Below are positions 29,932 through 40,096 of a stretch of DNA of 64,000 nt, one piece after another. The DNA is from Cytophagaceae bacterium (GTDB taxonomy: Bacteria > Bacteroidota > Bacteroidia > Cytophagales > JAIYAX01). The DNA lies in NCBI GenBank assembly GCA_027488815.1, contig JAIYAX010000019.1, forward strand, positions 65,198-129,197. Direction: 5' to 3'. The notes below the pieces were generated by a model. That model did no database searches. It was not told where the DNA came from and worked only from the letters and a program-made list of their open reading frames with translations. The first letter of the stretch is position 1. Each line of letters begins with the position of its first letter. The position numbers were made by a program, and so were the translations under genes.

Positions 29932-31971
29932 CTACCTGTTTTTGGCAGAATTCTGATCTGTTTTGTCTGTCAGCCTTTTCTGCAACTCAAAAAATTCATC
30001 CCTTAACCTTGCTGCTTCCATAAAGTCAAGCTCTTTGGCTGCCTGCTCCATTCGTTTCTTTGTCTCCTTGATTAATTTCTCCAGTTGGTTCTCGTTCAAG
30101 TATTCCATCACCGGGTCAGCAGCAATAGAAGTAGTACTATCTGGTTCTACATAAGCCATAGCACCGGTGCCTTTTAGTGATTGTTCAAGCACATTATCCT
30201 TGCTGCTTTTGACCGTAATTGGAGTGATATGATGCTCTTTATTAAAGTTCTCTTGTATCAGCCTCCTTCGGTTTGTCTCATCTATCGCCTGCTGCATGGA
30301 CTCCGTAACCTGGTCAGCATACATGATGACTCTGCCGTTGCTATTACGGGCAGCCCTCCCAATCGTCTGGATTAGGGACCTTTGGTTTCTTAAAAAACCT
30401 TCTTTATCGGCATCCATGATCGCAACCAAGGAGACTTCCGGAAGGTCAAGGCCTTCCCTTAACAGGTTCACACCTACCAATACATCAAAAACTCCTAACC
30501 TTAGCTCCCTTAAAATTTCAACCCGATCAAGAGATTTCACTTCAGAGTGAATATACCTGGTATTGATACCTAGTTTGCTCAGGTACTTGGATAACTCTTC
30601 TGCCATGCGTTTGGTAAGAGTTGTGATCAGAACTCTTTCCTTACGCTTAATATTGTCCTGGATCTCCTCAATAAGGTCATCCACCTGATTCTTGCTGCTT
30701 CGTACATCAATTTTGGGGTCCAGCAAGCCGGTAGGTCTAATCAACTGCTCTACAACTACACCATCACTCCGTCGCAATTCATACTCAGCGGGAGTAGCAC
30801 TTACAAAGATCACCTGACCCATTTTATCTTCAAACTCATTGAAATTAAGCGGACGGTTATCCAATGCGGATGGTAAGCGGAATCCATAGTCGACCAAGTT
30901 TTCCTTTCTGCTTCGGTCACCGCCCCACATACCCCTGACCTGTGGGATGGTCACATGGCTTTCGTCAATCACCATCAGAAAATCATCCGGAAAATAGTCA
31001 ATAAGGCAAAAGGGACGTTGACCCGGGCTCCGTCGGTCAAAATACCTGGAATAGTTCTCTATCCCATTGCAATAGCCCAGCTCCCGCATCATTTCCAAAT
31101 CAAATTCTGTGCGTTCCTGAACTCTCTTGGCCTCCATAAACCTTCGCTCTGCCTCAAAAAACTTCACCTGCTGCACGAGGTCATCTTGTATCTCCCTGAC
31201 CGCACGATTGAGGGATTCCTTTCCGGTGACAAACAAATTGGCTGGAAACACGGAGATCAGCTTCTCCTCCCGGATCTTCTTTGAACTAACTGGATCAATC
31301 ACCCAGATCGCCTCCAGTTGATCATCGAAAAACATAAACCGATAAGCAAAATCTGCATAGGCTGGAAACACATCTACTGTATCTCCTTTGACTCTGAAAG
31401 TACCTCGCTTAAATTCAACCTCTGTCCGACTATACAGAATATTGACAAGAGAAAACAAAAAGGCAGATCGAGGCAATACATCCCCCACTGTTAGCCTTAA
31501 GACACTTTTTTCAAACTCATCCGGATTACCAATACCATAAATACACGATACAGAAGCCACTACGATGATGTCTCTTCGCCCAGTAACAAGCTGCGAGGTG
31601 GTATGCAGCCTCAGCTTTTCAATCTCTTCATTGATGGAGAGGTCTTTTTCAATGTAGGTATTGGATGTAGGGATATACGCCTCTGGTTGGTAATAATCAT
31701 AGTAAGAGATGAAATACTCGACTGCATTTTCGGGGAAAAACAGCTTGAATTCACTATACAACTGGGCGGCTAAGGTCTTATTGTGACTTAAAACCAATGT
31801 TGGCTTATTCAGCCCGGCAATGACATTGGCGATGGTAAATGTCTTTCCAGAGCCTGTCACCCCCAAAAGAGTTTGAGAAGGATCACCTCGTTGAATACCC
31901 TCCAGCAGCTCTTTAATCGCTCTGGGCTGGTCTCCGGCAGGTTGGTAATTTGAAGTCAGCTTAAATGACAT
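29932..31971 (-). CDS. uvrB: Excinuclease ABC subunit B
   Basis: GVTGSGKTFT Walker A, DESHVTIPQ, and the C-terminal UVR motif AARLRDEFFELQ. Confidence 0.97.
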   Translation of the reverse strand: MSFKLTSNYQPAGDQPRAIKELLEGIQRGDPSQTLLGVTGSGKTFTIANVIAGLNKPTLVLSHNKTLAAQLYSEFKLFFPENAVEYFISYYDYYQPEAYIPTSNTYIEKDLSINEEIEKLRLHTTSQLVTGRRDIIVVASVSCIYGIGNPDEFEKSVLRLTVGDVLPRSAFLFSLVNILYSRTEVEFKRGTFRVKGDTVDVFPAYADFAYRFMFFDDQLEAIWVIDPVSSKKIREEKLISVFPANLFVTGKESLNRAVREIQDDLVQQVKFFEAERRFMEAKRVQERTEFDLEMMRELGYCNGIENYSRYFDRRSPGQRPFCLIDYFPDDFLMVIDESHVTIPQVRGMWGGDRSRKENLVDYGFRLPSALDNRPLNFNEFEDKMGQVIFVSATPAEYELRRSDGVVVEQLIRPTGLLDPKIDVRSSKNQVDDLIEEIQDNIKRKERVLITTLTKRMAEELSKYLSKLGINTRYIHSEVKSLDRVEILRELRLGVFDVLVGVNLLREGLDLPEVSLVAIMDADKEGFLRNQRSLIQTIGRAARNSNGRVIMYADQVTESMQQAIDETNRRRLIQENFNKEHHITPITVKSSKDNVLEQSLKGTGAMAYVEPDSTTSIAADPVMEYLNENQLEKLIKETKKRMEQAAKELDFMEAARLRDEFFELQKRLTDKTDQNSAKNR

Positions 31972-31986
31972 GTCTTCGTAAAATTT

Positions 31987-32730
31987 TCATTCAGCCTGTT
32001 GCCAGATCTTCCAGCTTAAAAGTGCCTGTTTCTCCAACATTTCATGGCCATTTTTAATCCGGGCTCCCTTTGCTTCAGCCAATTGTAAAAAAAGTGTTTT
32101 CTCCGGATTATAAATCAAGTCATACACTTTATGCGTTGAATTGATCCCATCAAAAGGAAAAGGTGGGCACTCCTTAACTTTTGGATACATTCCCAACGGA
32201 GTGGTATTGATGATTAAAGAAGCCTTTTCTACAAGTCTCTTCTGAAGGTGAGCATACTCTATGGTCTCTTTGGAAACTCCTCTGTTTACGATGGAGTATG
32301 TATAGTCCATTTGATTGAGGGCCCATTGCACCGCTTTGGAGGCTCCTCCGTTACCCAAAACCAATGCAAATCCCATTTCCGGTAGATCCCACTCTTTAAG
32401 TGTGTCGAGAAACGCAGGGCCGTCTGTATTGTAACCTTTCAATTGCAACCCGGTACCTACCTTAATGACATTTACAGCAGCTATGCTTTGAGCAATGGGG
32501 TCTAGTTGATGGAGAAAAGGCATCACGGCTTCCTTATAAGGCAAGGTGACATTAAGTCCTGAATACTGGCTTATGGAAGTGCTGAAAAACCTTTTCAATT
32601 CCTCTCCGTCTTTGATTTCAATAGAGGAGTACGAGTGGTTACTCAGGCCTCGCTCGATAAAAAACTGTCTGAAAAATGCCGGTGAAAAGCTATGATCTAG
32701 AGATAAACCAATCAATCCATAGGCAGACAT
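31987..32730 (-). CDS. aroE: Shikimate dehydrogenase
   Basis: SFSPAFF, NVTLPYKE, GYNTDG and GNGGASKA motifs. Confidence 0.9.
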   Translation of the reverse strand: MSAYGLIGLSLDHSFSPAFFRQFFIERGLSNHSYSSIEIKDGEELKRFFSTSISQYSGLNVTLPYKEAVMPFLHQLDPIAQSIAAVNVIKVGTGLQLKGYNTDGPAFLDTLKEWDLPEMGFALVLGNGGASKAVQWALNQMDYTYSIVNRGVSKETIEYAHLQKRLVEKASLIINTTPLGMYPKVKECPPFPFDGINSTHKVYDLIYNPEKTLFLQLAEAKGARIKNGHEMLEKQALLSWKIWQQAE

Positions 32731-32739
32731 AGGCGCATT

Positions 32740-33684
32740 TCAACCAACTGACTGACGGCGGGAAGCCAAATACTCAATGACCAGAACCAATGCCAGGCCT
32801 ACGATCAAAAAGATTAATGAAAGCAACCACTTTGGGTTTTGCCCGGTAGCTTCCTGAAATACCCAGGGCATCAGATTTTGTTCTACCAGTGGCTTTACTT
32901 CTCCATGCCTGTCGATATAGGTTTCAAGGACTTGTTTCCAGGGCCATACTTTATAAAGTGATCCTACCATGAATCCAGCCAGCAGGCTTACCGTCAAATC
33001 ATGGTATCGCTTTAAGAGATAGCTCAGCAGATGCGCAAATGACAACAAACCGACAACACAGCCGGATGCAAACGTGATAATCACCGGTAGATTGAAGGCT
33101 TGAAGCGATTGAAGAATAAACTCATACTTAACCATCAAAACCAAGATGAAACTACCCGAGATGCCCGGTAATATCATGGCACAGATGGCGATTGCACCGG
33201 AAATAAAAATAAACCAATAGGCCTCAGGTGTCTCGGCAGGTGTTGCTCTGGTTATTAAAAATGCGATCAGAGCACCTATGATGGCGGAGACCCAAACCAT
33301 GATCAGAGACTTGTTCTTCACCTCTTTGAATACCAGTACAGTAGATGCGATGATGAGTCCAAAGAAAAAGGACCAGATAACAATAGGCTCATTTTTCAGT
33401 AAATACAAGATGAGTTTGCTCAAACTAAGAATACTGGTACCTATACCAGCCAGAAGAACAAGTAAAAAAGTACCGTTCACATGAGCCCAAAGTTCTGTGA
33501 GCTTAAACTGGAAAAGAAGCCTGAGCGCCCTTCCATCAAAAGACTTGATGCTATCCAGAAGAGTTTGATAAATTCCAGAAATAAATGCGATTGTACCGCC
33601 ACTTACACCGGGCACGACATCCGCCGCACCCATAGCGAGCCCCTTGCTGTACAGCAAAAGGTAATCTTTGAGTTTACCTTTCAT
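32740..33684 (-). CDS. DUF368 family membrane protein (PopT-like polyprenyl-phosphate transporter family)
   Basis: GAADVVPGVSGGTIAF and a second repeat LPGISGSFILV, which together form the duplicated DUF368 signature. About 9 TM helices. Confidence 0.7.
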   Translation of the reverse strand: MKGKLKDYLLLYSKGLAMGAADVVPGVSGGTIAFISGIYQTLLDSIKSFDGRALRLLFQFKLTELWAHVNGTFLLVLLAGIGTSILSLSKLILYLLKNEPIVIWSFFFGLIIASTVLVFKEVKNKSLIMVWVSAIIGALIAFLITRATPAETPEAYWFIFISGAIAICAMILPGISGSFILVLMVKYEFILQSLQAFNLPVIITFASGCVVGLLSFAHLLSYLLKRYHDLTVSLLAGFMVGSLYKVWPWKQVLETYIDRHGEVKPLVEQNLMPWVFQEATGQNPKWLLSLIFLIVGLALVLVIEYLASRRQSVG

Positions 33685-33687
33685 CTT

Positions 33688-34455
33688 TTATTGTGCCTGT
33701 TGTAGGAAAAATGAAAAGGTATCCCCTCTCAATCCTAATCGAATGGTTTCTAAAGGGATGATTTCATTTGGTGCAATATTCCCAAGGTTAACATTCGTTC
33801 CCAAAAGTTTAATAAACCACACCTGCTGGGCTTTCTGAGGTGCTTCCCAAATAATTTTCTCAAATGGGATTTTCGTTAAAATCTCCTCTACCAAACCTTG
33901 CCTTACCTCTCCTGAGTCACGGAAAAGGCCCACATTGCCTCCTTCTCTTGCTTCACCAATCACTTTCCAGGAGCCTGCATCCAGCTCTTTCTGCATTTGT
34001 TCGATCCATTTGTAAGGAGGTATGATTTTGGCAGCATCTTTTGATCCTACTTCAGAAAGGACTGTCAAATGCTTTGACATGCGTTCAATATAACCGCACT
34101 TTTCATCATGCGGAAGTTCTATCGAGCCATCTGAAACTTCGACGAACTGCATTCCATACGAGTCAAGTACTCTTAAATAGTCTTCAAACTGGTTGCGAAT
34201 GATAAAGGCTTCAAACAATGTACCTCCAAAATAAACCGGTACTCCTGCCTCTTTATAAATGGCAAGTTTCTCTCTCAATGGCTTTGTAACAAATGAGGTG
34301 GCCCAGCCCAACTTTACGATATCGACGAAGTCGGAGCACATTTCCATAAAATCTTCAGTTTCTCTAGTGCCCAAGCCTTTATCCATGGCCATGGTGAAAC
34401 CAAAATCCCTTGGCTTTGTGGTACGCTCAGGGATTTGCTCAAGGTTATAATTCAT
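33688..34455 (-). CDS. comA: (2R)-phospho-3-sulfolactate synthase (ComA family)
   Basis: PERTTKPRDFGFTMAMDKG..VDIVKLGWATS..VEVSDGSI is the ComA pattern, about 255 aa. Confidence 0.75.
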   Translation of the reverse strand: MNYNLEQIPERTTKPRDFGFTMAMDKGLGTRETEDFMEMCSDFVDIVKLGWATSFVTKPLREKLAIYKEAGVPVYFGGTLFEAFIIRNQFEDYLRVLDSYGMQFVEVSDGSIELPHDEKCGYIERMSKHLTVLSEVGSKDAAKIIPPYKWIEQMQKELDAGSWKVIGEAREGGNVGLFRDSGEVRQGLVEEILTKIPFEKIIWEAPQKAQQVWFIKLLGTNVNLGNIAPNEIIPLETIRLGLRGDTFSFFLQQAQ

Positions 34456-34464
34456 AAAGGAGTG

Positions 34465-35868
34465 TTATTCTCTGTATTGATTAATGATGCCAAGCAATGC
34501 CTTGTTCGCTTCCAGTCCGGGGAAAAAATCAAACAGAATGCTATGCTTATCAAAATTCAAAAGTAAGGCATTTTCGAGGTACTGGAAAGCCTGTTTGTAC
34601 TTTCCTTCCATTAACAGATATGCTGCTGCCCGATACATGATTTCCACATTGTCAGGAAGCTCATCCAGGCCGGAAAGGATTACCAGCGTTGCTTTTTCCA
34701 AATCGCCCTGCTCATGATAAAGTCTTGACCATTGGATCCAAAGGTCAGGATTGGAAGGGTTGATGTGACAACACTCTTCGTAGGCTTCTATGCTCGAAAT
34801 GACATTGCCCACCTGTGCTTCAGACTGGGCGAGTGCAAGCCAAAAAACTTCATTCTTATCGTCTAGAGCAATTGCTTTCCTGAAAAAGTGAAGGGCTTCA
34901 AAGTGCTTACTTTGGGCAAACAAACACATCCCTTGTCCAAACCAACCATATTCATGCTCAGGGTCTACCCTTGTTGCTTTGCGGTAGTACGACATAGACT
35001 TTTCAAACTGATCGAGTTTTTCAAAAGCTGCCCCGATACAACAGAATAGCTCCACGTCATCATTCAGTTGTTTTTCGGCAACCAGATATGCTTCTATTGC
35101 TGCTTCATACTGCTCAAGATTCATCAACATATTGCCTAATGAAAAAAAGGCATCCTGAAACTCCGGGTCAATAAAACTGGCGTATTCATAGGCATTCTTA
35201 GCCTCAGTAAATTGTTCCAATCGCTCATGGACCATCCCAAGGTAATACCAGGCATTAGATGAATAAGGGTCTTTATTTGTATGAGCCTCGAAGTAAGGTA
35301 AGTGATCGCTAAGTTGGTCATTGATCTCCAAAAGCAATATGAGCTCCTGGGCGGCACTAAAGTGCTCCGGATTGATCTCAATGCATCGCTTGAAGCAATC
35401 CACTGCTTTCTGCTGTTTGCCAATGTTTTGATAGGCGACCCCAAGAGCAAAAAACAGCATGTCATCCTCCAAACCGCTCTGAAGCGACGATTCATAAATT
35501 TCTATGGCCTCCTGATACAAGCCTTGCTGCTGTAAAATATCACCACGCAAAATGGCTATCTCAGGCTCAGCGCCCTGCAAATGTTCAATTTCTTCAAAAG
35601 CCTCAGAGGCAGCTTCTGTTTGCTGGGTGGTAATCAGAAGTTTGACCTTTTCAACCTTAAGATCTATTGAAAAAGGGTATTGCTCAATGGCTGCATAGCA
35701 AGCCTGCAAGGCCTTTTTGAACTTTGAAGCCTCGACATAGTAACGTATGATTCCTTCGAAAGCATGCAAATCGAAAAAACCTATGTTGCCACCGGCACTC
35801 ATTTGTTCAAATTTCCGAACCTCATCGTGGAAGTTTTCGGTATTGTCAGAGGAATGAGGCATAATCAC
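34465..35868 (-). CDS. Tetratricopeptide-repeat protein
   Basis: Many 34-aa A/Y/F-patterned repeats, e.g. AWYYLGMVHERLEQFTEAKNAYEYA. The start may be 35862. Confidence 0.7.
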   Translation of the reverse strand: MIMPHSSDNTENFHDEVRKFEQMSAGGNIGFFDLHAFEGIIRYYVEASKFKKALQACYAAIEQYPFSIDLKVEKVKLLITTQQTEAASEAFEEIEHLQGAEPEIAILRGDILQQQGLYQEAIEIYESSLQSGLEDDMLFFALGVAYQNIGKQQKAVDCFKRCIEINPEHFSAAQELILLLEINDQLSDHLPYFEAHTNKDPYSSNAWYYLGMVHERLEQFTEAKNAYEYASFIDPEFQDAFFSLGNMLMNLEQYEAAIEAYLVAEKQLNDDVELFCCIGAAFEKLDQFEKSMSYYRKATRVDPEHEYGWFGQGMCLFAQSKHFEALHFFRKAIALDDKNEVFWLALAQSEAQVGNVISSIEAYEECCHINPSNPDLWIQWSRLYHEQGDLEKATLVILSGLDELPDNVEIMYRAAAYLLMEGKYKQAFQYLENALLLNFDKHSILFDFFPGLEANKALLGIINQYRE

Positions 35869-35949
35869 TAGCCAAAGGCCTGTTTGGTTTCTCTAAGTTA
35901 AAAAAATAAAAATGGTAAACACGCTTTGGTTCTGAATGAAAAAACAAAA

Positions 35950-36930
35950 TCAATGCGATTTATTATCAACAAGTGAAGTAAAAACAAAGTTTAGGGTGTC
36001 TTCAAAGGAGTAATACTGTAAGCCTAACTCTCTTACGGCCTTATTACCTGAAAATTTATAGTGCCCTCCTGATATTTTTGCTGTTTCTTTTGTGATGAGT
36101 GGATCAGATTTAAAGAGCCATGAGCGAATCCACTCCACTCTCCATAAAATTCCGCTAAGAAACTTACCTAAAGGATAGCGTGGTGGTCTTTTGTTAAGCT
36201 TGAGCGCCAAGGCTTCAAGTAGCTCTTTATACTCCATTTGCCTGGAGCTCAATATATACCTGCCAGTGCTTTTCTTCTGTAAGCATAAGTCAACTGCTTT
36301 GGCAATATCTCTGACATCCACCAAGTTTACCACCCCTCTGGGATAAAAGGGCAATTCCTTTAACACATAACCAATCAGCCTGCCGCTGCTACGCTTGATA
36401 TCTGTTGGGGCAATCACAATGGATGGACATAAAATACTTGCCTTAAGTCCTTCTGCAGTAGCCCGGAAAACCTCCAACTCTGCCCAATACTTGGTGCAGG
36501 CGTAGTAGCTGTTGTCCTCGCTTTCTTCCCATTGTTGCTCTTCATTGATCTCTAAAATACCCGGGGATCGCCCAAGAGCAGCGACCGAACTGATATGAAT
36601 TAACTGCTTATCGGCAAACCCGGAAATAGCGTGACATACATTTGCCGTGCCTTTGACATTGGCCTCAAACAGTTGGCTTTTCACATGGGGAGAAAATGAA
36701 ACCATGCCTGCGCAATGAACCACAGCATCGACCTCTTCAATCAGTTTTCTTAGTGTTGTAACATCACTTAGTTCAAGGTGTTTGACATTTAGCTGATCCT
36801 TAATGTCACTAAGCAAACTCAAGTCTGCTCCAGGCCGAACGGCTGCAACTACATGATGGCCTAAATGTACGAGATGCTGGGAAATGCAGCTGCCCAGCAG
36901 GCCATTGGCACCGGTAATCAGTACCTTCAT
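35950..36930 (-). CDS. NAD-dependent epimerase/dehydratase (extended SDR)
   Basis: ITGANGLLGS Rossmann motif and YACTKYWAE (YxxxK). Confidence 0.8.
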   Translation of the reverse strand: MKVLITGANGLLGSCISQHLVHLGHHVVAAVRPGADLSLLSDIKDQLNVKHLELSDVTTLRKLIEEVDAVVHCAGMVSFSPHVKSQLFEANVKGTANVCHAISGFADKQLIHISSVAALGRSPGILEINEEQQWEESEDNSYYACTKYWAELEVFRATAEGLKASILCPSIVIAPTDIKRSSGRLIGYVLKELPFYPRGVVNLVDVRDIAKAVDLCLQKKSTGRYILSSRQMEYKELLEALALKLNKRPPRYPLGKFLSGILWRVEWIRSWLFKSDPLITKETAKISGGHYKFSGNKAVRELGLQYYSFEDTLNFVFTSLVDNKSH

Positions 36931-37676
36931 AGGCTGCTGTTAAGTAATTTCAGCTTTCTCAACTTGTCCATATACTTGGATCGTCCCAGCGTTTCCTGAA
37001 GTGCAATGAGGTGCTTTTCTGCATGGCAATCTGAGCCAACAAAGTCGACCATTTGCTGATCAATCAGCCACTCCGCCATTTTACGTGCTTCAACAGAATA
37101 ATATCCTGAGATAGAATTCAGATTGAGTTGAAAAAACACACCTGCATTTTTAAGCTCTTCTAGTTTTTCTACTCGCCGGTGGAAGAACATATACCTCTCA
37201 GGATGTGCCAAGACAGGTTTGAAGCCCTTCAAGTGAAGCTGAAATATGAAATCCTTAAGCAAGCCCGGTTCGTTCATAAAGCTGAGCTCAAACAACAGGT
37301 ATCGATCTCCGAAACTGAGAAGTTCCTCCCCTTTCATCAGCATTTCGTACAGACCTTCATCTAAATAATACTCTGCCGAAGCCTCTATTGTAAAGTCTAA
37401 ATTCTGCTTGCTGATCTCTTTCCGTACAGCCGAGAGGCATTTCCTGATGATATCTGGTGTGTTTTTGTAAAAGTCATGCATCACATGAGGGCTTGTGATG
37501 GCTTTTTTTATTCCCAAACTGCTTAATCCTTTGATCAGGGTAATACTCTCTTCGATGGTTTGGGCTCCGTCATCTATTCCGGGAAGCAAATGACTGTGTA
37601 GGTCTATGCTGACAGGGTACTGAAGCGTTTGCTCATCAACAGATTTAAAAGCTGACTTTCGGAAAAAAGGACGCAT
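36927..37676 (-). CDS. PHP-family protein-tyrosine phosphatase (CpsB/YwqE type)
   Basis: DLHSHLLPGIDDGA, SPHV and VGSDCH metal-binding motifs. Confidence 0.85.
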   Translation of the reverse strand: MRPFFRKSAFKSVDEQTLQYPVSIDLHSHLLPGIDDGAQTIEESITLIKGLSSLGIKKAITSPHVMHDFYKNTPDIIRKCLSAVRKEISKQNLDFTIEASAEYYLDEGLYEMLMKGEELLSFGDRYLLFELSFMNEPGLLKDFIFQLHLKGFKPVLAHPERYMFFHRRVEKLEELKNAGVFFQLNLNSISGYYSVEARKMAEWLIDQQMVDFVGSDCHAEKHLIALQETLGRSKYMDKLRKLKLLNSSL

Positions 37677-40093
37677 CAGGAGCCGAAAAACTTTTGTAAA
37701 AAGCTTTTTTTCTCGTCTTCATAATAGCCATAGCCAAAAGATCGGCTATTTCCATAGCCATATCTCCTGATTGGACCTGAAGCATTAAGAACCACCGTTA
37801 GGTGATCCAGTGCAAATGTTTGCTTTATCCGGTTGATGTTTTTGCAAAATTCTTTCTTTGAAAAGCCCGAACGGAGCACGTAGATGGGTAAATCGGCCTT
37901 TTTCATAAGCATAACTGCATCAGCAACTATGCCAACAGGTGGGGTATCTACGATCACCACATCGTATTGCTTACTTAAGTCTTTCAGTATTTTGTCAAAG
38001 TTTTCATTGAGCATCAGCTCTGCAGGATTGGGAGGAATGGGACCCGCCGTGATAAAATCCAACCCTTTGATAGGGCTTTTGTGAATGCATGAATCTAATT
38101 TGGCTTTACCAATCAGCAAGTTGCTCATACCCGAGTCATTCGGCGTTTCGAACGCTAGATGCAATTTGGGCTTGCGCAAATCCAGATCCAGAATGACTAC
38201 TTTCTGATCAGTAAGTGCAATAATCCCCCCTAGATTAACAGCCACAAAGGTTTTTCCCTCGCCGCTAATCGTTGAAGTAACAGAAATGAGTTTGCCGGAT
38301 TTTTTCTGAATGATAAAATCCATATTGGTCCTGATCGACCGAAAAGCTTCAGAGATCTGTGATTTAGGGTTTTCACCAATGACCAATTTTGAAAACTCCA
38401 TTTTGCCTTTGACATACTGAGGCACCGAACCCAAAACAGGAGCTGAAATCAGTCGCTCGACTTCATTCTGGCTGGTAATTTTATTGCTTAACAAATACGA
38501 AATCACCAGAAACATAAGGCTCAACGCAAATCCTCCCGCCATTGCTCCCCCATAAACAAGACCACGCCTGGGTGAAACGGGATAATCTGGAATGGCTGCC
38601 TGACTGAGAACCCTGAAATCTGGAATTGTACCTGACTTATTTATGCCATACTGGGCTTTACGATCCATCATGAGCAGGTAGAACTTTTCATACAGATCGC
38701 TATGCCTTTTCAGTCGGGTGTATTCTGCTTCCTTCTGAGGCAGGTTTCTCAACTCCTGCTCATACTGGGCTACCCTTTGATCGATGCTGTTGATCTTTCG
38801 CTGAAAGGACTGAATTTCTTTATCGATCAGACGTACCAGGTTCTTTTCCAGGCTTTCCATCCTCCTTTTGATGTTTTGCATAGCCATAGTATTCTCTTTT
38901 CTCGAGACAGAAATACGACTGTACTTTGACTTTTGCTGATTGTACTCTTCTATAAACTTCTGAAGGGATGAATTGCTGACATAACTGATATCGGGTATAA
39001 AATCAACACCGGGTTCATTTGAAGCCAGGCTTTTCTTGAAGGTGTCCAAACTTTGCAAATCGGTCCTTAATGCAAATTTCTCCGACTCCAGCGAAGAAAT
39101 CTGATCAATGGTGTTTTCAAGACCACGCTCAGATTTCACCTGTTTGTTTTCTCTGATAAACTTTTCGATACGCTCTTCAGCAATCATGAGGCTGTCATCA
39201 GTAATACTTAGCTGGTAGTTGAGAAACTCTATGGTTTGATCTGCAGCCAGATTTTTTGAGTTGACGGTTTCAAGTAAATAGACTGAGTCAATAGCATCGA
39301 CAATGTCTTTGGCCTTAAATCGGTTGAAATCATGGAATGAAACCCTAATTGTTCGTGCATTGGGGTTGATGACAATAGCTTGCAGGGAAGATGCCAGATA
39401 GTTGAGGAGTGCTGAGTTGCTATTTACTCTGAAGTAAAAAGTTCCGGGAACCTGTCCATCCTTAAAATGATTGGTAACAGTTAGCCTTGCTTTAAGCTCC
39501 TGGGTTTCAATGTGATCGCCTGATTTTCCTTTTAAACTAAGCTCCTTGCCTTCCGGAGAGGGATAGCTTAAAACAAAACTACTGTCAGCGGCTAGTTTCA
39601 GACTTATATTTTTATCAAATAGATTGTTGGATAAGTCTGTGATCTGAATGTCAAAGGGGCTTGACTTGTACTTCTCTTCCGATAGTATTTTGCCCTGATA
39701 AAAGTAACTAACCCTCAGCTCAGGCTTTTTTATTACCTGATCATAAATGACATTAGACTGTATAAGCTCCAACTCTCCTGCCAGATTTGCTCCTGGGTCT
39801 CCATAAGCATCGAAACCACCAAACCCAAATATGTTTGACTCTTTCTTGACGTCAAGCTTGAGCAATGATGATGACTCATATAAGGGGGGGGTGTATCGGA
39901 GGTAAAGCCAGGCTGCAACTCCGGAAAGCATCAGTATAACAGCAACTACTGGAATCGATTTAAAAAAAACAGAGCGTAGCTTCTCGGGATCGAAATCGCC
40001 TGAAACATCCGTTTTGATTGTAAAATCCCTCTTGACCCTACCTCCTACAGATCGATGTTGGTTGATCCACTCTTTTTCTTCCTGACTTAGCAT
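37676..40093 (-). CDS. wzc: Polysaccharide co-polymerase / BY-kinase (Wzc/GumC type tyrosine autokinase)
   Basis: Two TM helices flank a long coiled periplasmic domain. Walker A SGEGKTFVAVNLG, DTPP Walker B-like motif, and a C-terminal Tyr cluster YGYGNSRSFGYGYY. Confidence 0.9.
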   Translation of the reverse strand: MLSQEEKEWINQHRSVGGRVKRDFTIKTDVSGDFDPEKLRSVFFKSIPVVAVILMLSGVAAWLYLRYTPPLYESSSLLKLDVKKESNIFGFGGFDAYGDPGANLAGELELIQSNVIYDQVIKKPELRVSYFYQGKILSEEKYKSSPFDIQITDLSNNLFDKNISLKLAADSSFVLSYPSPEGKELSLKGKSGDHIETQELKARLTVTNHFKDGQVPGTFYFRVNSNSALLNYLASSLQAIVINPNARTIRVSFHDFNRFKAKDIVDAIDSVYLLETVNSKNLAADQTIEFLNYQLSITDDSLMIAEERIEKFIRENKQVKSERGLENTIDQISSLESEKFALRTDLQSLDTFKKSLASNEPGVDFIPDISYVSNSSLQKFIEEYNQQKSKYSRISVSRKENTMAMQNIKRRMESLEKNLVRLIDKEIQSFQRKINSIDQRVAQYEQELRNLPQKEAEYTRLKRHSDLYEKFYLLMMDRKAQYGINKSGTIPDFRVLSQAAIPDYPVSPRRGLVYGGAMAGGFALSLMFLVISYLLSNKITSQNEVERLISAPVLGSVPQYVKGKMEFSKLVIGENPKSQISEAFRSIRTNMDFIIQKKSGKLISVTSTISGEGKTFVAVNLGGIIALTDQKVVILDLDLRKPKLHLAFETPNDSGMSNLLIGKAKLDSCIHKSPIKGLDFITAGPIPPNPAELMLNENFDKILKDLSKQYDVVIVDTPPVGIVADAVMLMKKADLPIYVLRSGFSKKEFCKNINRIKQTFALDHLTVVLNASGPIRRYGYGNSRSFGYGYYEDEKKSFLQKFFGS
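39884..39891 (-). repeat. C8 (plus-strand G8) homopolymeric tract inside wzc codons T68-P69-P70
   Basis: Read directly as taaGGGGGGGGtg. It is the longest G/C run I saw in the window. Confidence 0.9.
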
Positions 40094-40096
40094 CTC

